From contig NC_043021.1 of assembly GCF_006345805.1 (NCBI RefSeq), positions 5,456,001-5,520,000 of the forward strand: DNA of 64,000 nt, given 5' to 3'. This document shows positions 53,207-64,000 of the stretch, piece by piece. The DNA comes from Octopus sinensis. Lineage: Eukaryota. Position 1 is the first letter of the stretch; each line of letters starts with the position of its first letter. The notes beneath the pieces were generated by a model, which was given only the letters and a program-made list of their open reading frames with translations, was not told where the DNA came from and ran no database searches. The translations under genes were made by a program, and so were the position numbers.

Positions 53207-53592
53207 GGCTGTGTGGTAAGTAGCTTGCTTGCCAACCACATGGTTCCGGATTCAGTCCCACTGCGTGGAACTTTGGGCAGGTGTCTTCTACTATAGCCTC
53301 GGGCCGACCAAAGCCTTGTGAGTGGATTTGGCAGATGGAAACTGAAAGAAGCCTGTCGTGTATATGTATATCTATATATATGTGTGTGTCTGTGTTTGTC
53401 CTCCCAACATTGCTTGACAACCGATGCTGGTGTGTTTACGTCGCCGTAACTTAGCAGTTCGGCAAAAGAGACCGATAGAATAAGTACTAGGCTTACAAAG
53501 AATAAGTTCTGGGGGTCGATTTGCTCGACTAAAGGCAGTGCTCCAGCATGGCCGCAGTCAAATGACTGAAACAAGTAAAAGAGTAAAGAGTA
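53207..53592 (+). mobile_element. SINE family A copy
   Basis: Family consensus match. Confidence 0.85.
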
Positions 53593-54079
53593 TATGTGTT
53601 TGTGTGTGTGTGTGTGTGTGTACACACATACTCACTTACTCACCCACACTCATATATATATGTACAGATATGCATACATATGCATATTTATCTGAAGAGA
53701 CATGTATCAACATATCTATGCATATATACACACACACACAAATACATATCGATCAGCAGAAGTTACAAACATAAGTGTGTTGGTACTTATCAAGTTTGAT
53801 AAATGTTAATGCATGAAACTCTCAGCCTCTGAGTCACTCTGTAACTTCTGTTCTCCTCTTGGTTTCACCCAAGCTTATATTTATGTATTATATAATACAC
53901 ACACTCACACATACATGTTAATGCTTAGTTTTATTATATTATCATCTATATTATATTATTATATATTATATATATGTGGGCGTACGCTTATTTTTAAATG
54001 GTGGTGCCCCAGCATGGCCACAGCTCATGAGCTGAAACTGGAAAAATCAAAATCAAAATCATATTATATATTATTCTCT

Positions 54080-54492
54080 CTCTTTTTCTCTTTTACTTGT
54101 TTCAGTCATTTGACTGCGGCCATGCTGGAGCACTGCCTTTAGTCGAGCAAATCGACCCTGGGACTTATTCTTTGTAAGCCCAGTACTTATTCTATTGGTC
54201 TCTTTTGCCGAACCGCTAAGTGACGGGGACGTAAACACACCAGCATCGGTTGTCAAGCAATGCTAGGGGGACAAACATAGACACACAAACACATACACAC
54301 ACACTTATATATATATATATATATACATTTATACGACAGGCTTCTTTCAGTTTCCATCTACCAAATCCACTCACAAGGCATTGGTCAGCCCGGGGCTAAA
54401 GCAGAAGACACTTGCCCAAGGTGCCACGCAGTGGGACTGAACCCGGAACCGTGTGGTTGGTAAGCAAGCTACTTACCACACAACCACTCCTG
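54080..54492 (-). mobile_element. SINE family A copy, inverted relative to 53207-53592
   Basis: Family consensus match. Confidence 0.85.
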
Positions 54493-55364
54493 TATATTAT
54501 ATATTATATAATTATATAATATTATATTAATTTTATTATATTATATAATACACACACTCGCACATACATGTTAATGCTTAGCTTTGTTTTCTCCCCTCCC
54601 GTCTGTAAAAATATTCCAAATATTCTTCAGTTTCTTCCTTGTAATTCTGGAAGAAGAATGGCAAAAATAAATAAAATAAAATAAATAATAAAAGACAACA
54701 AACAGCATCCTCCCTTCCTATTCTCTCCTTCCTTCCTCTTAGCATGTCTGTAAAAAAAAAGAGGGGGGAAAGAGCATTGTTTGATAGCTAAAATATTGCC
54801 TGTGTTGAAAATGTTTCACTCTTGCCTTTGTTGATATCTAATATGAAGAGGAGTGAAAAAGCAGAACTGCAGCACCAACACTTACCACTATTACTGCTAC
54901 AAAGATATTATCCGTATCTCTTATCTTGTTTTAGTCATTGCACTGTGGCCATGCTGGAGCACTACCTTAAAAGGTTTAAGTCGAACAAATCAACCCTAGT
55001 ACTTTTGTTTTCAAGTCCGATATCCTATCGATTTCTTTTGCCAGGAGATAAACAAACCAACACCAGTTGTCAAATGGTGGTGGTGGGGACAAACACGAAG
55101 ACACGCACACACACTATATATATATATATATATATATATCTCTCAAGGATAAAATCTTTATAAAATTTTTCAAGTAGCCAGCATGTAATAAAACCATACA
55201 GGTAACAATTAATACAAATATATAATTATATAATTATAATAAGGGCACTAATGAACAGTGCCACATGCTAGAAGTGGACATTAAATGGCTTTAAGAACTA
55301 CATTATTTATTCCATTAGCATGGGTTGAAAGTGAAAAAAGTGAACAAAGAAGATTTTTAAAATA

Positions 55365-55700
55365 GGCGAGGCTGGCAACGGCCACAATCGGATGGTGCAC
55401 GTAAAAAGCACCATCCAGTCGTGGCTGTTGCCAGCCTCGCCTGGCCCCCGTGCTGGTGGCATGTAAAAAGCACCATCCGTTCGTGGCCGTTGCCAGCCCC
55501 GTCTGGCACCTGTGCGGGTGGCACGTAAAAAGCACCCACTACACTCACGGAGTGGTTGGCGTTAGGAAGGGCATCCAGCTGTAGAAATACTGCCAGATCA
55601 GACTGGAGCCTGGTGCAGCCTCCTGGCTTCCCAGACCCCAGTTGAACCGTCCAACCCATGCTAGCATGGAAAGCGGACGCTAAATGATGATGATGATGTT
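55365..55700 (+). mobile_element. Family C retroelement copy
   Basis: About three 60-bp internal repeats and the (GAT)n tail. Confidence 0.78.
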
Positions 55701-56568
55701 TAATCATTGATAGATTTTTAGTTTAGAGATCCTCTTTCCGATGAAGTGCTATGCTCGGAATTTTAAAAAGTCAACAATTTTTTCCACCATTACTGAGTGT
55801 CAGGCTAATACATTCCATATGTATGTTGTTTTGTTATTTGTTATTTTTAATGTTTGATTTGACATATATATATATATATAGATACACACTTACATATGTA
55901 AGTGTTGAATGATGGGAATGAGTGCTTAACACTTCATTGGTGGATAAAGTTTCTTTATTTGTTTTTTAAAGTTACCATTGGTTTCATGTAAAAAAAATAT
56001 CTTAATTTTTCAAGCCGATCACATGGAGGAATGGTGTTTCACCCAAATTGGAGACAAATACCATTCCTCCACGTGATTGGCTTGGAAAATTAAGACATTA
56101 AGATATTTTTCTTTACATGAAACCAACGGTATCCTTAATACACAAATACAGAATATGTATATACGATGAGCTTCTACACAGTTTCCGTCTATCAAATTCA
56201 CTTGCAAGGTATTGGTCACCCCAGGGCTATAGTAGAAGACACTTACTCAAGGTATCACACGGTGGAACTGAACTCAAGACCATATGGTTGCAAAGCAAGC
56301 TTCTTACCCACACAGCCATACCTATAACTATTGCAAGCATTCTGCTGGAAGCCCTTCCCCTATCTAACATTGTTATTGCATATTCTCTGTAGTGACCTTC
56401 ACTTTAAAAGTTCTTCTCTCATAATGTTGATCCATGTAGTGTTTCTTTATCAACATTTTAGTGTCTTACTGTTGTTCCAGCCATGACCATCACATCTGTT
56501 TTCTGTCATATAGCATTTCGCTGTTATTTCTCACAAATAAGAGAGATCATGTTGTGCTCTCATAAGTT

Positions 56569-56599
<31 letters not shown>

Positions 56600-56608
56600 T
56601 TGAATATA

Positions 56609-56660
<52 letters not shown>

Positions 56661-57349
56661 AGTCTAGGACAATCCCCCCCCCATCCATGGACAATCATCT
56701 GAGCACAACAGATGATGATTTAAAACTTCTTAATATATTGGAAGGGAGTAATTAACCAAGGGTGGTAGTTGTCGTTGGGGGAAATTGTCCTATACTGTTG
56801 CCTATTGGAATTATTTTCTGATGCTGTTTGACATTTGAAAGCCTTAAAGTGTCAAAATCACATTGATATGTGATTGGCTGCTGATGAGGGAAGTTCTGAA
56901 GTTATGTTTAACATGTTTTCATTCCTATTAATGTGTCTGTTGGTTGTCAATGTCCTCTTTGGTTTTATTTTGCTTACCCAGAATAAGGTCCTTAGTTTGT
57001 TTTATTGTTCCTTGGTTGAGTATTTATGAAGGATAATGGTAAATTTTATCCATGGATAATAGTGTAACATGAAGTTTTGATGGAAGGTTTTGATCTATAT
57101 CACTTTAAGACAAGAATTTGGTATCATAGAACTGGGGTGATCTTGGGTGAGTTCATATCACAAGGGTTAATCAGTGTGGTCAGGGATGTGACGATATGTG
57201 ATGGAGCACTATCATGACTAATGGGTCGGCATTAAAATGTCTAAGATATCTTCAGTTTTCTGTATTGGAGGAACTGAGAAAATTTGTCCTTTTTTTTTTT
57301 TTTTGCGCATGTATGTTTTAATTATAATGTATTGTTTAATTGCCTTCAA

Positions 57350-57926
57350 GATGCATTCTCCTCTCTTATCTCTCTCTCTCATAGTTTTCCCTCTTCTCTC
57401 TCTCCTTTGCATTCTCCTCTCATCTCTCTCTTTTTCATATTCTCTCTTACCTCTCTCTTGCACCCTCCCCTCTTATCTCTCTTTCATTTTCTTCCTTCTT
57501 CTCTCTCTCTCTCTCTCTCTCTCACTCTCACACACACACACACACACTCTCCCCTCTTACCACTTTATCTTTTCATTCACCCCTTTCAGTATCTCTCTCT
57601 CACTCTCATACTGCATGTCTGTCTGTTTGTCTCTCTCTCTCTCAATCTCATACTATCTCTTACACTGTCTGTTTCTCTCTCTCTCTTTCTCTTGCTCCTC
57701 ATACTATCTGCCTCTCTTGTTCTGTCTGTTTGTCTTAATCTCATACAATCTGTATGTCTGCTTTTCTCACTCTCTCTCTCTCTCTCTCTCAAACTCTCTC
57801 TCCCCTCATACTGTCTGTCTTGTGTTCTCTCTCTCTCTCTCTCTCTCTCTTGTCCTGTCTGTCTCTTATTCTCTCTCTCTCTCTCTCTCAAACTCTCTCT
57901 CCTCTCATACTGTCTGTCTTTCTTGT

Positions 57927-57962
<36 letters not shown>

Positions 57963-57963
57963 C

Positions 57964-58003
<40 letters not shown>

Positions 58004-58040
58004 TCCACTCTTTCATATACTCTCTCCCTCTCTACACATT
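57350..58040 (+). repeat. About 700-bp CT-rich tract with internal ~110-bp duplications just upstream of exon C
   Basis: ctctctcaaactctct...cctcatactgtctgtct repeated. Confidence 0.8.
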
Positions 58041-58090
58041 CTCAATTTGTATCCTCCATATATACATGTTCATATTTTTGTATTCATCAG

Positions 58091-58249
58091 ACTCTCTCGA
58101 TCTGAAAGCAATCCTGAAATACCCCCTCCGCGGCCGGTACTTCCCAAAGAATTCAGGTACCAGGCACTAAAACGTCCACCAAAACAGCCAAAATCTGTTC
58201 CAAGCAGCAGAGGCTTTTCTTACAGATGGTCTGTAGATGGAAGCGGCAG
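58091..58249 (+). CDS. PXN: Putative paxillin cassette exon C (53 codons, phase 2-2; basic and Pro-rich)
   Basis: Acceptor catatttttgtattcatcag|A, donor GGC AG|GTTAGA; 159 nt. Encodes LSRSESNPEIPPPRPVLPKEFRYQALKRPPKQPKSVPSSRGFSYRWSVDGSG. Confidence 0.65.
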
Positions 58250-58410
58250 GTTAGAGCAAGAACAAAAAAAGAGAGCATCTTTGCAACATGCTTGCTTGTT
58301 TTGTAGTTAGTTCTGTCTAGCTAGCAAGTGCTTCTTCCTTTACTTCTTAGCTCTTCCTACTCCTCCTTCAGAATCTTAGCTAATTACTGCTATATATGTT
58401 TGTTCTTTGG

Positions 58411-58860
58411 TTGTATACTGTCAACTTAACGTGACAGTCCCGGAAAGGGAATTACACCACTGCTGTTTAGCCCTAGGAAGCATCGAATGCTTCCTGTCGG
58501 CTTTGACACATTTCCTGTGTCCTTATATATTTATATATCCCTTTAGTGTTTAAACCAGCCATATCTGGCCCAGATATTCTACATGTTTTATATTCAAACT
58601 GGCAATATCTAGCCTCTCACACCTACCCGACAATGTCATTCTAAATATAAACAATCACATCATTGAAACCTCAAAGCTATAAGATAATGCTTGATTAATT
58701 CAAAACAATTTGAGTGGAAAAGTATTACCTTTAACAGAGTAATCTGAACACTAAAGGGATATAGGAAATGTGTCAAAGCCAACAGGAAGCGTCAATGCTT
58801 CCTAGGGCTAAATAGCGGTGGTTTAATCCCCTACTGTCACATTAGGTTGACAGTATACAA
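58411..58860. mobile_element. Fold-back element (about 100-bp TIRs) with a nested CCCTTTAG...CTAAAGGG MITE (58539-58758)
   Basis: ttgtatactgtcaac...gacacatttcct versus aggaaatgtgtc...gttgacagtatacaa. Confidence 0.8.
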
Positions 58861-61044
58861 CCACTCTATCGCTCCACCACCGTACATATCTCTATGAGAT
58901 ATTTAGAAATTTAATATTTCTGATTTTGTTTATTCTTTGTTTAATTATTAACTTATCCATGGTTAATTTTCATCTGAATTTCTGAGATGATTAATTATAC
59001 ATTGATATATATTCAGACTAATATCCTCATTTTGGTTGTTATAGTCACAGTGTTCTAGCTTTTTGTACGTTCTAATCTCCTCTCTCATGTTCAGTAGTAG
59101 CATTTTCAGAATTTCAAACCAAACCACAGAAGTTACATTTGTAATGATAAGATGTTTGTGTGTGGGGGTCAGCTGTGTAATGATTTGGTATTGAGTCAAT
59201 GTTGATTGAATGAACACAAATTCTGTCAAGACTTTTAAATGAAAAAAAAATATTCCTTTATTGTAAGCAAAATATAAGATGCCTCTACTACCATCAACAG
59301 AACAATTGTTCCCAAGTTCAAATTCCGCCAAGGTCGACTTTGCCTTTCATTCTTTCAGGGTCGATAAATTTCTTTGTCAAATTACTGTGTCTTCCTTTCA
59401 ATTAAATTTCGAAAACAGCAATGTATTTAGTAAAATAACTTTGTTGTTAAGCTGATATTTGGAACATAAATTAACATAAAATTTTGGAGGAAGGTTTTAA
59501 TCTAGATCACTTTAAAACAGGGAGTTTGTATCATAGACCCAGCAAACAATCTCACATTTATTGGTTATCAAAGGGGTTAAACTAAACAACAGAGCAATAT
59601 TACAAATCTGAAAACAGTATTTCAATAACCCCCAAATACCCACTAGAGTCTGGACAATGGAATAAAACCCATCTACCTCTTTAGATCTTATAAAGAATTT
59701 GGTTTGAAATTCCGGCAGTGTTTCTAAATATGATAGACACTTGAAGATGCCAGAGAGTACAACTGGCAAAACATGACCATAGCAACCAAGATTCAGGAAT
59801 TAGTCTGAATAAACAGTGTATAGTTTCCCCATGGTTTTGTAGAATATTCTGTTTAGAGTAGAAGTCTTCATATTGATCCCTACTGATCCCTGTTCATCCT
59901 TTTTTTTTGTTGTATTAATCCTTTCAGTCATCAAGTGTTGCCATCTCCCATATAATGATACACTTGTGTGTGGGAATTTTAGGGTGCAGTTGGTTCTTGA
60001 GGACTGTGTGTTGGGGTAGCTCCAGTTTGGCAAGGAGTGGCATAGACTTCAAGTACTGATATTAAAGCATGGGAGACTTCAATACCGGTGGTGTGGCATT
60101 GTAGTTTTGTCTGTTTACTTATTGAGTTCAAAATCTGGATAAAAGAAGGGGACAAAAAGCAATGGTGAGATGAGGGAAGGGAGTATCAGTTCACAAAATA
60201 AATACCAGGAATATACTTGGGATTGTGTCAGTTGAGTAGACACATCTCCCCTCCACCTCACCTTGGCTTTGTGCCTAAGAAAACAACACACCTTGGCCTT
60301 TTGCCTAAGAAGACAACACACATATGTGCACACCTGCGCTCACTATGTGTGTGTATGTGTGAAGGTGTATATCTATATTTGAGAGAGAGTGAGTGAGTAT
60401 GTGTGAGTGTGTCTGTAAATGCAGACACAATATCATTAGTAATAATGATGATTTCTTAGATCAGTGCAAGGCCACACAGTTTTGGGAAAGGTTTTAATGT
60501 GAAAAAAACAAAATGTGAAAATTCACACCGACAAGGACTCTGATCTACCTGTTATATCAATTATGCATTGATATAAGAATTAGTTGTTCAATAAAGCCCG
60601 AAACATATGTACCGCAAAATCCTTTGCGTCCTGTTTTTCTTTTGATACATATATCCTATCACCTATACCACTAGCTGGCATATACAGGTGCTTACATTTA
60701 TCAAGTATTCACCCTGAATTTATATATATATGTATATTTATGTATATAAATCCTGCAAGTTATCCCAGTACATGACTGGTACTGAGGGGATAACTCTGGC
60801 TCCAGCCGTGTCTAAACTCACTCAGAGAATCGAGTGTAAAGATAGATTATGAGACATACAAATCAGGTGCGTCACCGTTTTTTACCAACTGCTCCTCCCA
60901 CATATGTTGGCCCATTGCCTAAATATGAAACCATGTCTGGTAACCTTGACGACAGTACTCAAACATCTCTGCTTTCTTGTTTATTTGTTTGTTTGTTTTA
61001 TTTCTTTCTTTGTTATTTTCTCTTGGTATTTCTGTTAGTCTAAA

Positions 61045-61090
<46 letters not shown>

Positions 61091-61415
61091 CAATAAATGA
61101 ATACATAAAAATATAAAACTAACAATAAAATGGTGAATATCTCTCCGAGAAAGTCAGGCCAGTATTGTTGGCCTTTACTGCTGATCTCTTCTTTGAGAGA
61201 CAATGTTCTTTGGTGTGAGATGAACGGGTGCAGCTGCTGGGAAGCTGAAAATTTGGTGTGACTAACTGACTGAACATTGGACCTGTTTTGATGACAACAT
61301 TTTTTCACACTTGGCACCAAACACTCACATACACACACCTGAATGTATGCACAAAAATATACAAACAGAGAAAATGTGAGAGAGAGAGAGGAAGGTATTA
61401 CAATTTATTGTAATA

Positions 61416-61827
61416 AGGTGGTGAGCTGGCAGAATCGTTAGCACGTCAGGAGAAATGCTCAGCTGTATTTCATCTGCCGCTATGTTCTGAGTTCAAATTC
61501 CGCCGAGGTCGACTTTGCCTTTCATCCTTTCCGGGTCGATTAAATAAGTACCAGTGACACACTGGGGGTCGATATAATCGACTTAATCCTTTTGTCTGTC
61601 CTCTCTGTGTTTAGCCCCTTGAGGGTAGTAAAGAAATAGGTATTTCGTCTGCTGTTAGATTCTGAGTTCAGTTCAAATTCCGCTGAGGTCAACTTTACCT
61701 TTCATCCTCTCGGGGTCGATTAAATAAGTACCAGTTACGCACTGGGGGTCGATATAATCGACTTAATCCGTTTGTCTGTCCTTGTTTGTCCCCTCTGTGT
61801 TTAGCCCCTTGAGGGTAGTAAAGAAAC
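61416..61827 (+). mobile_element. SINE family B dimer with 18-bp TSD (1 mismatch)
   Basis: TSD aggtattaca(a/g)tttattg at 61393-61410 and 61828-61845; internal junction aaagaaata|ggtatttcgtctg. Confidence 0.88.
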
Positions 61828-62976
61828 AGGTATTACAGTTTATTGACTGAACACAATTGACATGAAAAAAACTTTCCTTCTCTTACGTACAAAGACAAAA
61901 TATGCTCATTCTTTGTACATTAGGAAGGGCATCCAGCCATGAAAACTGTGCCAAAACAGAGCTCACTAGTGCCGTGTGTAAAGTATCCAGTTCACTCTGT
62001 AAAGTAGTTGGTGCTAAGAAAGGCATCCAGCTGTAAAAAAATCATGCCAAACCAACTGGTGGAGCTTGGTGCAGTTCTCTATCTATCTAGCTCCTTTCAA
62101 GCTGTCCAACCCATGCCAGCATGGAAAACAGATGTTAAACCAGGAGGATAATGATGAGGGACTAAACACAGAGAGGACAAACAAGGACAGACAAACGGAT
62201 TAAGTTGATTATATCGACCCCCCAGTGCGTAACCGGTACTTATTTAATTGACCCGGGAAGGATGAAAGGCAAAGTCGACCTTGGCGGAATTTGAACTCAG
62301 AACATAGCGGCAGACGAAATACACATAAACTGAGAGAGAAAGGGGGGGAAGGTGTCAAAATGTCTTATGCCAAATAAGTCAGCAATGCCAAATAGGTGGG
62401 CACCAGTGTGGCCGTACCAAAACGTCTCATAACCAGTTTTCTTTGTTACTAAAATACTTGATGGCAATCTAAAGATTTCAAGATTAATCTGCATCGTAGA
62501 GACATTTTGTGTTCTGTGTTCGACATTTCTGTTCTTGTTGTGTTTAGATTAGTTTTAATGTATGGTAGTTTAGTTGTGTTTCATTAACCAAGCTTATTGT
62601 AGCTGAGGTGGCTGATCTGGTCTGGTCCTCCAGACACAGCAAGTAGCCCCTCTTACTGAATGGCTTCAAATCAAGCAAAAGAATGTAGTGTATATGTAGA
62701 TGTGTGTGTCTGTATATGAAGAGGGAGAGAGAGAGAGAAGTGAGCACATGTCTGTGTGTGTGTGAATGCACATGTATACATGTATCTGTGTATGTGAACA
62801 AATGAATGTAGCACTCAATACATTTTGTTGGTCTTACATGTATTTAATAGCAATTTTACTCAGTTCTACATTACTCAAGGGTGTAGAACACATCCATATC
62901 ACCAGATGTATACATGAGTTTATGTGTGTGTATATACATATATATTAAAATAAACTCTGATTTTTCTTTTTTACAG

Positions 62977-63006
62977 GTTCGCATAAAACCCCAGAGTTTT
63001 GCCTCT
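62977..63006 (+). CDS. Candidate 30-nt microexon
   Basis: Strong acceptor gatttttcttttttacag| and donor TCT|GTAAGC are 30 nt apart. Open in phase 0 (VRIKPQSFAS) and phase 1 (xSHKTPEFCL); has a TAA in phase 2. Confidence 0.35.
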
Positions 63007-63199
63007 GTAAGCCTTTTTCAGACTTGAAAAAAGCCTCCAGTAGCAAAGCCTGATGCCTTTTTAACTATGCATAATAAATCTGACTCTAATACCAGTATTG
63101 AGTCCTTTCATTAGTAAATGTTTGTTGATATTAATAGCATACACCCCCACCCACATATAATGAGAGAGGTATGTGTGTGTGTCTGTGTATGCATATATG

Positions 63200-63246
<47 letters not shown>

Positions 63247-63291
63247 ATAGAAAAGGTAAGACAACAAAAGAATGAAAGAGACCTCGATATT

Positions 63292-63480
63292 ATGTAAATA
63301 TATGGGACAATTATTTGGTAGCCATGATAAAACTCTTGAGTTTTGGATGTCAGAGCGGAAACCTACCTTGTTTTGTTATTTTGATGGATGGATGGATGAA
63401 TGGGTAAGTAGGTAGATAGATATCCGAAACTCAGAGTTTTATCATGGGTACCAAATAATTGTCACATATTATATTTACAT
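63292..63480. repeat. Fold-back (about 57-bp arms) whose inner ends carry the 3' half of a hammerhead-like motif
   Basis: Right arm tatccGAAACTCAGAGTTttatcatgg; the left arm is its diverged inverse; (TA)n nearby on both sides. Confidence 0.7.
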
Positions 63481-63619
63481 ATATATATATGTATATATAT
63501 AAATAAAATTAGGTGGGTTTCATTCTTGTGAGTGTGCATTATTTGAATCTGTGAGTTATTTGCTTGTGTAAATATATATATATAATATATATATATAAAG
63601 TTATGCATATATATATATA

Positions 63620-63663
<44 letters not shown>

Positions 63664-64000
63664 AGGTGGTGCTATTAAGTTAGACATGGCCGAAACCTAT
63701 CAAAGTATATATATAGATAGATAGATAGATATTTCTCTGTTATTATCTATGTAAACAGTGTACATTTGTATAGGCATTGACATACATCTGTATGTGTGTC
63801 CATTTCTGCAACAATTAACATCACCTTTGTATAGATATACAGCATACACATGTCATAGACATATATAGCATGCGACATCACACCAATGTACACAGAGAGA
63901 GAGAGAGAGTGTGTGTCCAGTTCTAAAAAATTTGTCTCAAGAAATTTGCTCTGAATCCTGAGAGAATGGCTGATATTGATGGTGACTAGCTAGTACTGCA

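Noticed and set aside
56881-56900. CTGATGA-GGGAAGTTCT-GAAG hammerhead core (similar weak cases at 27290-27330 and 29221-29265)
   Set aside because: GAAA, stem III and stem I are not recoverable; at best heavily decayed.

Overview
Eukaryotic, AT- and microsatellite-rich genomic DNA; the SINE/MITE/LINE repertoire suggests an octopus (inference). The one gene I can identify is a + strand paxillin-family gene (PXN), only partly contained. Exons at 19799-19998 (LD1, DALLADLQ), 21020-21434 (LD2, LSELDQLLQDL) and 22871-23066 (LD3-like, NVDAMLHELD) splice in frame. They are followed by three frame-symmetric phase-2 Pro/Tyr-motif exons (36321-36557, 43312-43539, 58091-58249). I did not find the tiny first exon, LD4/LD5 or the LIM domains. 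The rest is intronic or intergenic repeat: tRNA-derived SINEs, RTE and CR1 LINE 3' fragments, piggyBac/hAT/pogo-type MITEs and many fold-back palindromes. Most long six-frame ORFs are microsatellite artefacts. The best leads are: a modular cassette-exon array in the paxillin linker; (TA)n-embedded palindromes that carry or turn at minimal hammerhead-ribozyme relics; a SINE that inserts as head-to-tail multimers and has seeded a 184-bp array with dimeric higher-order structure; and a possible antisense exon at about 7.8 kb. All coordinates were read by hand and no database search was run.
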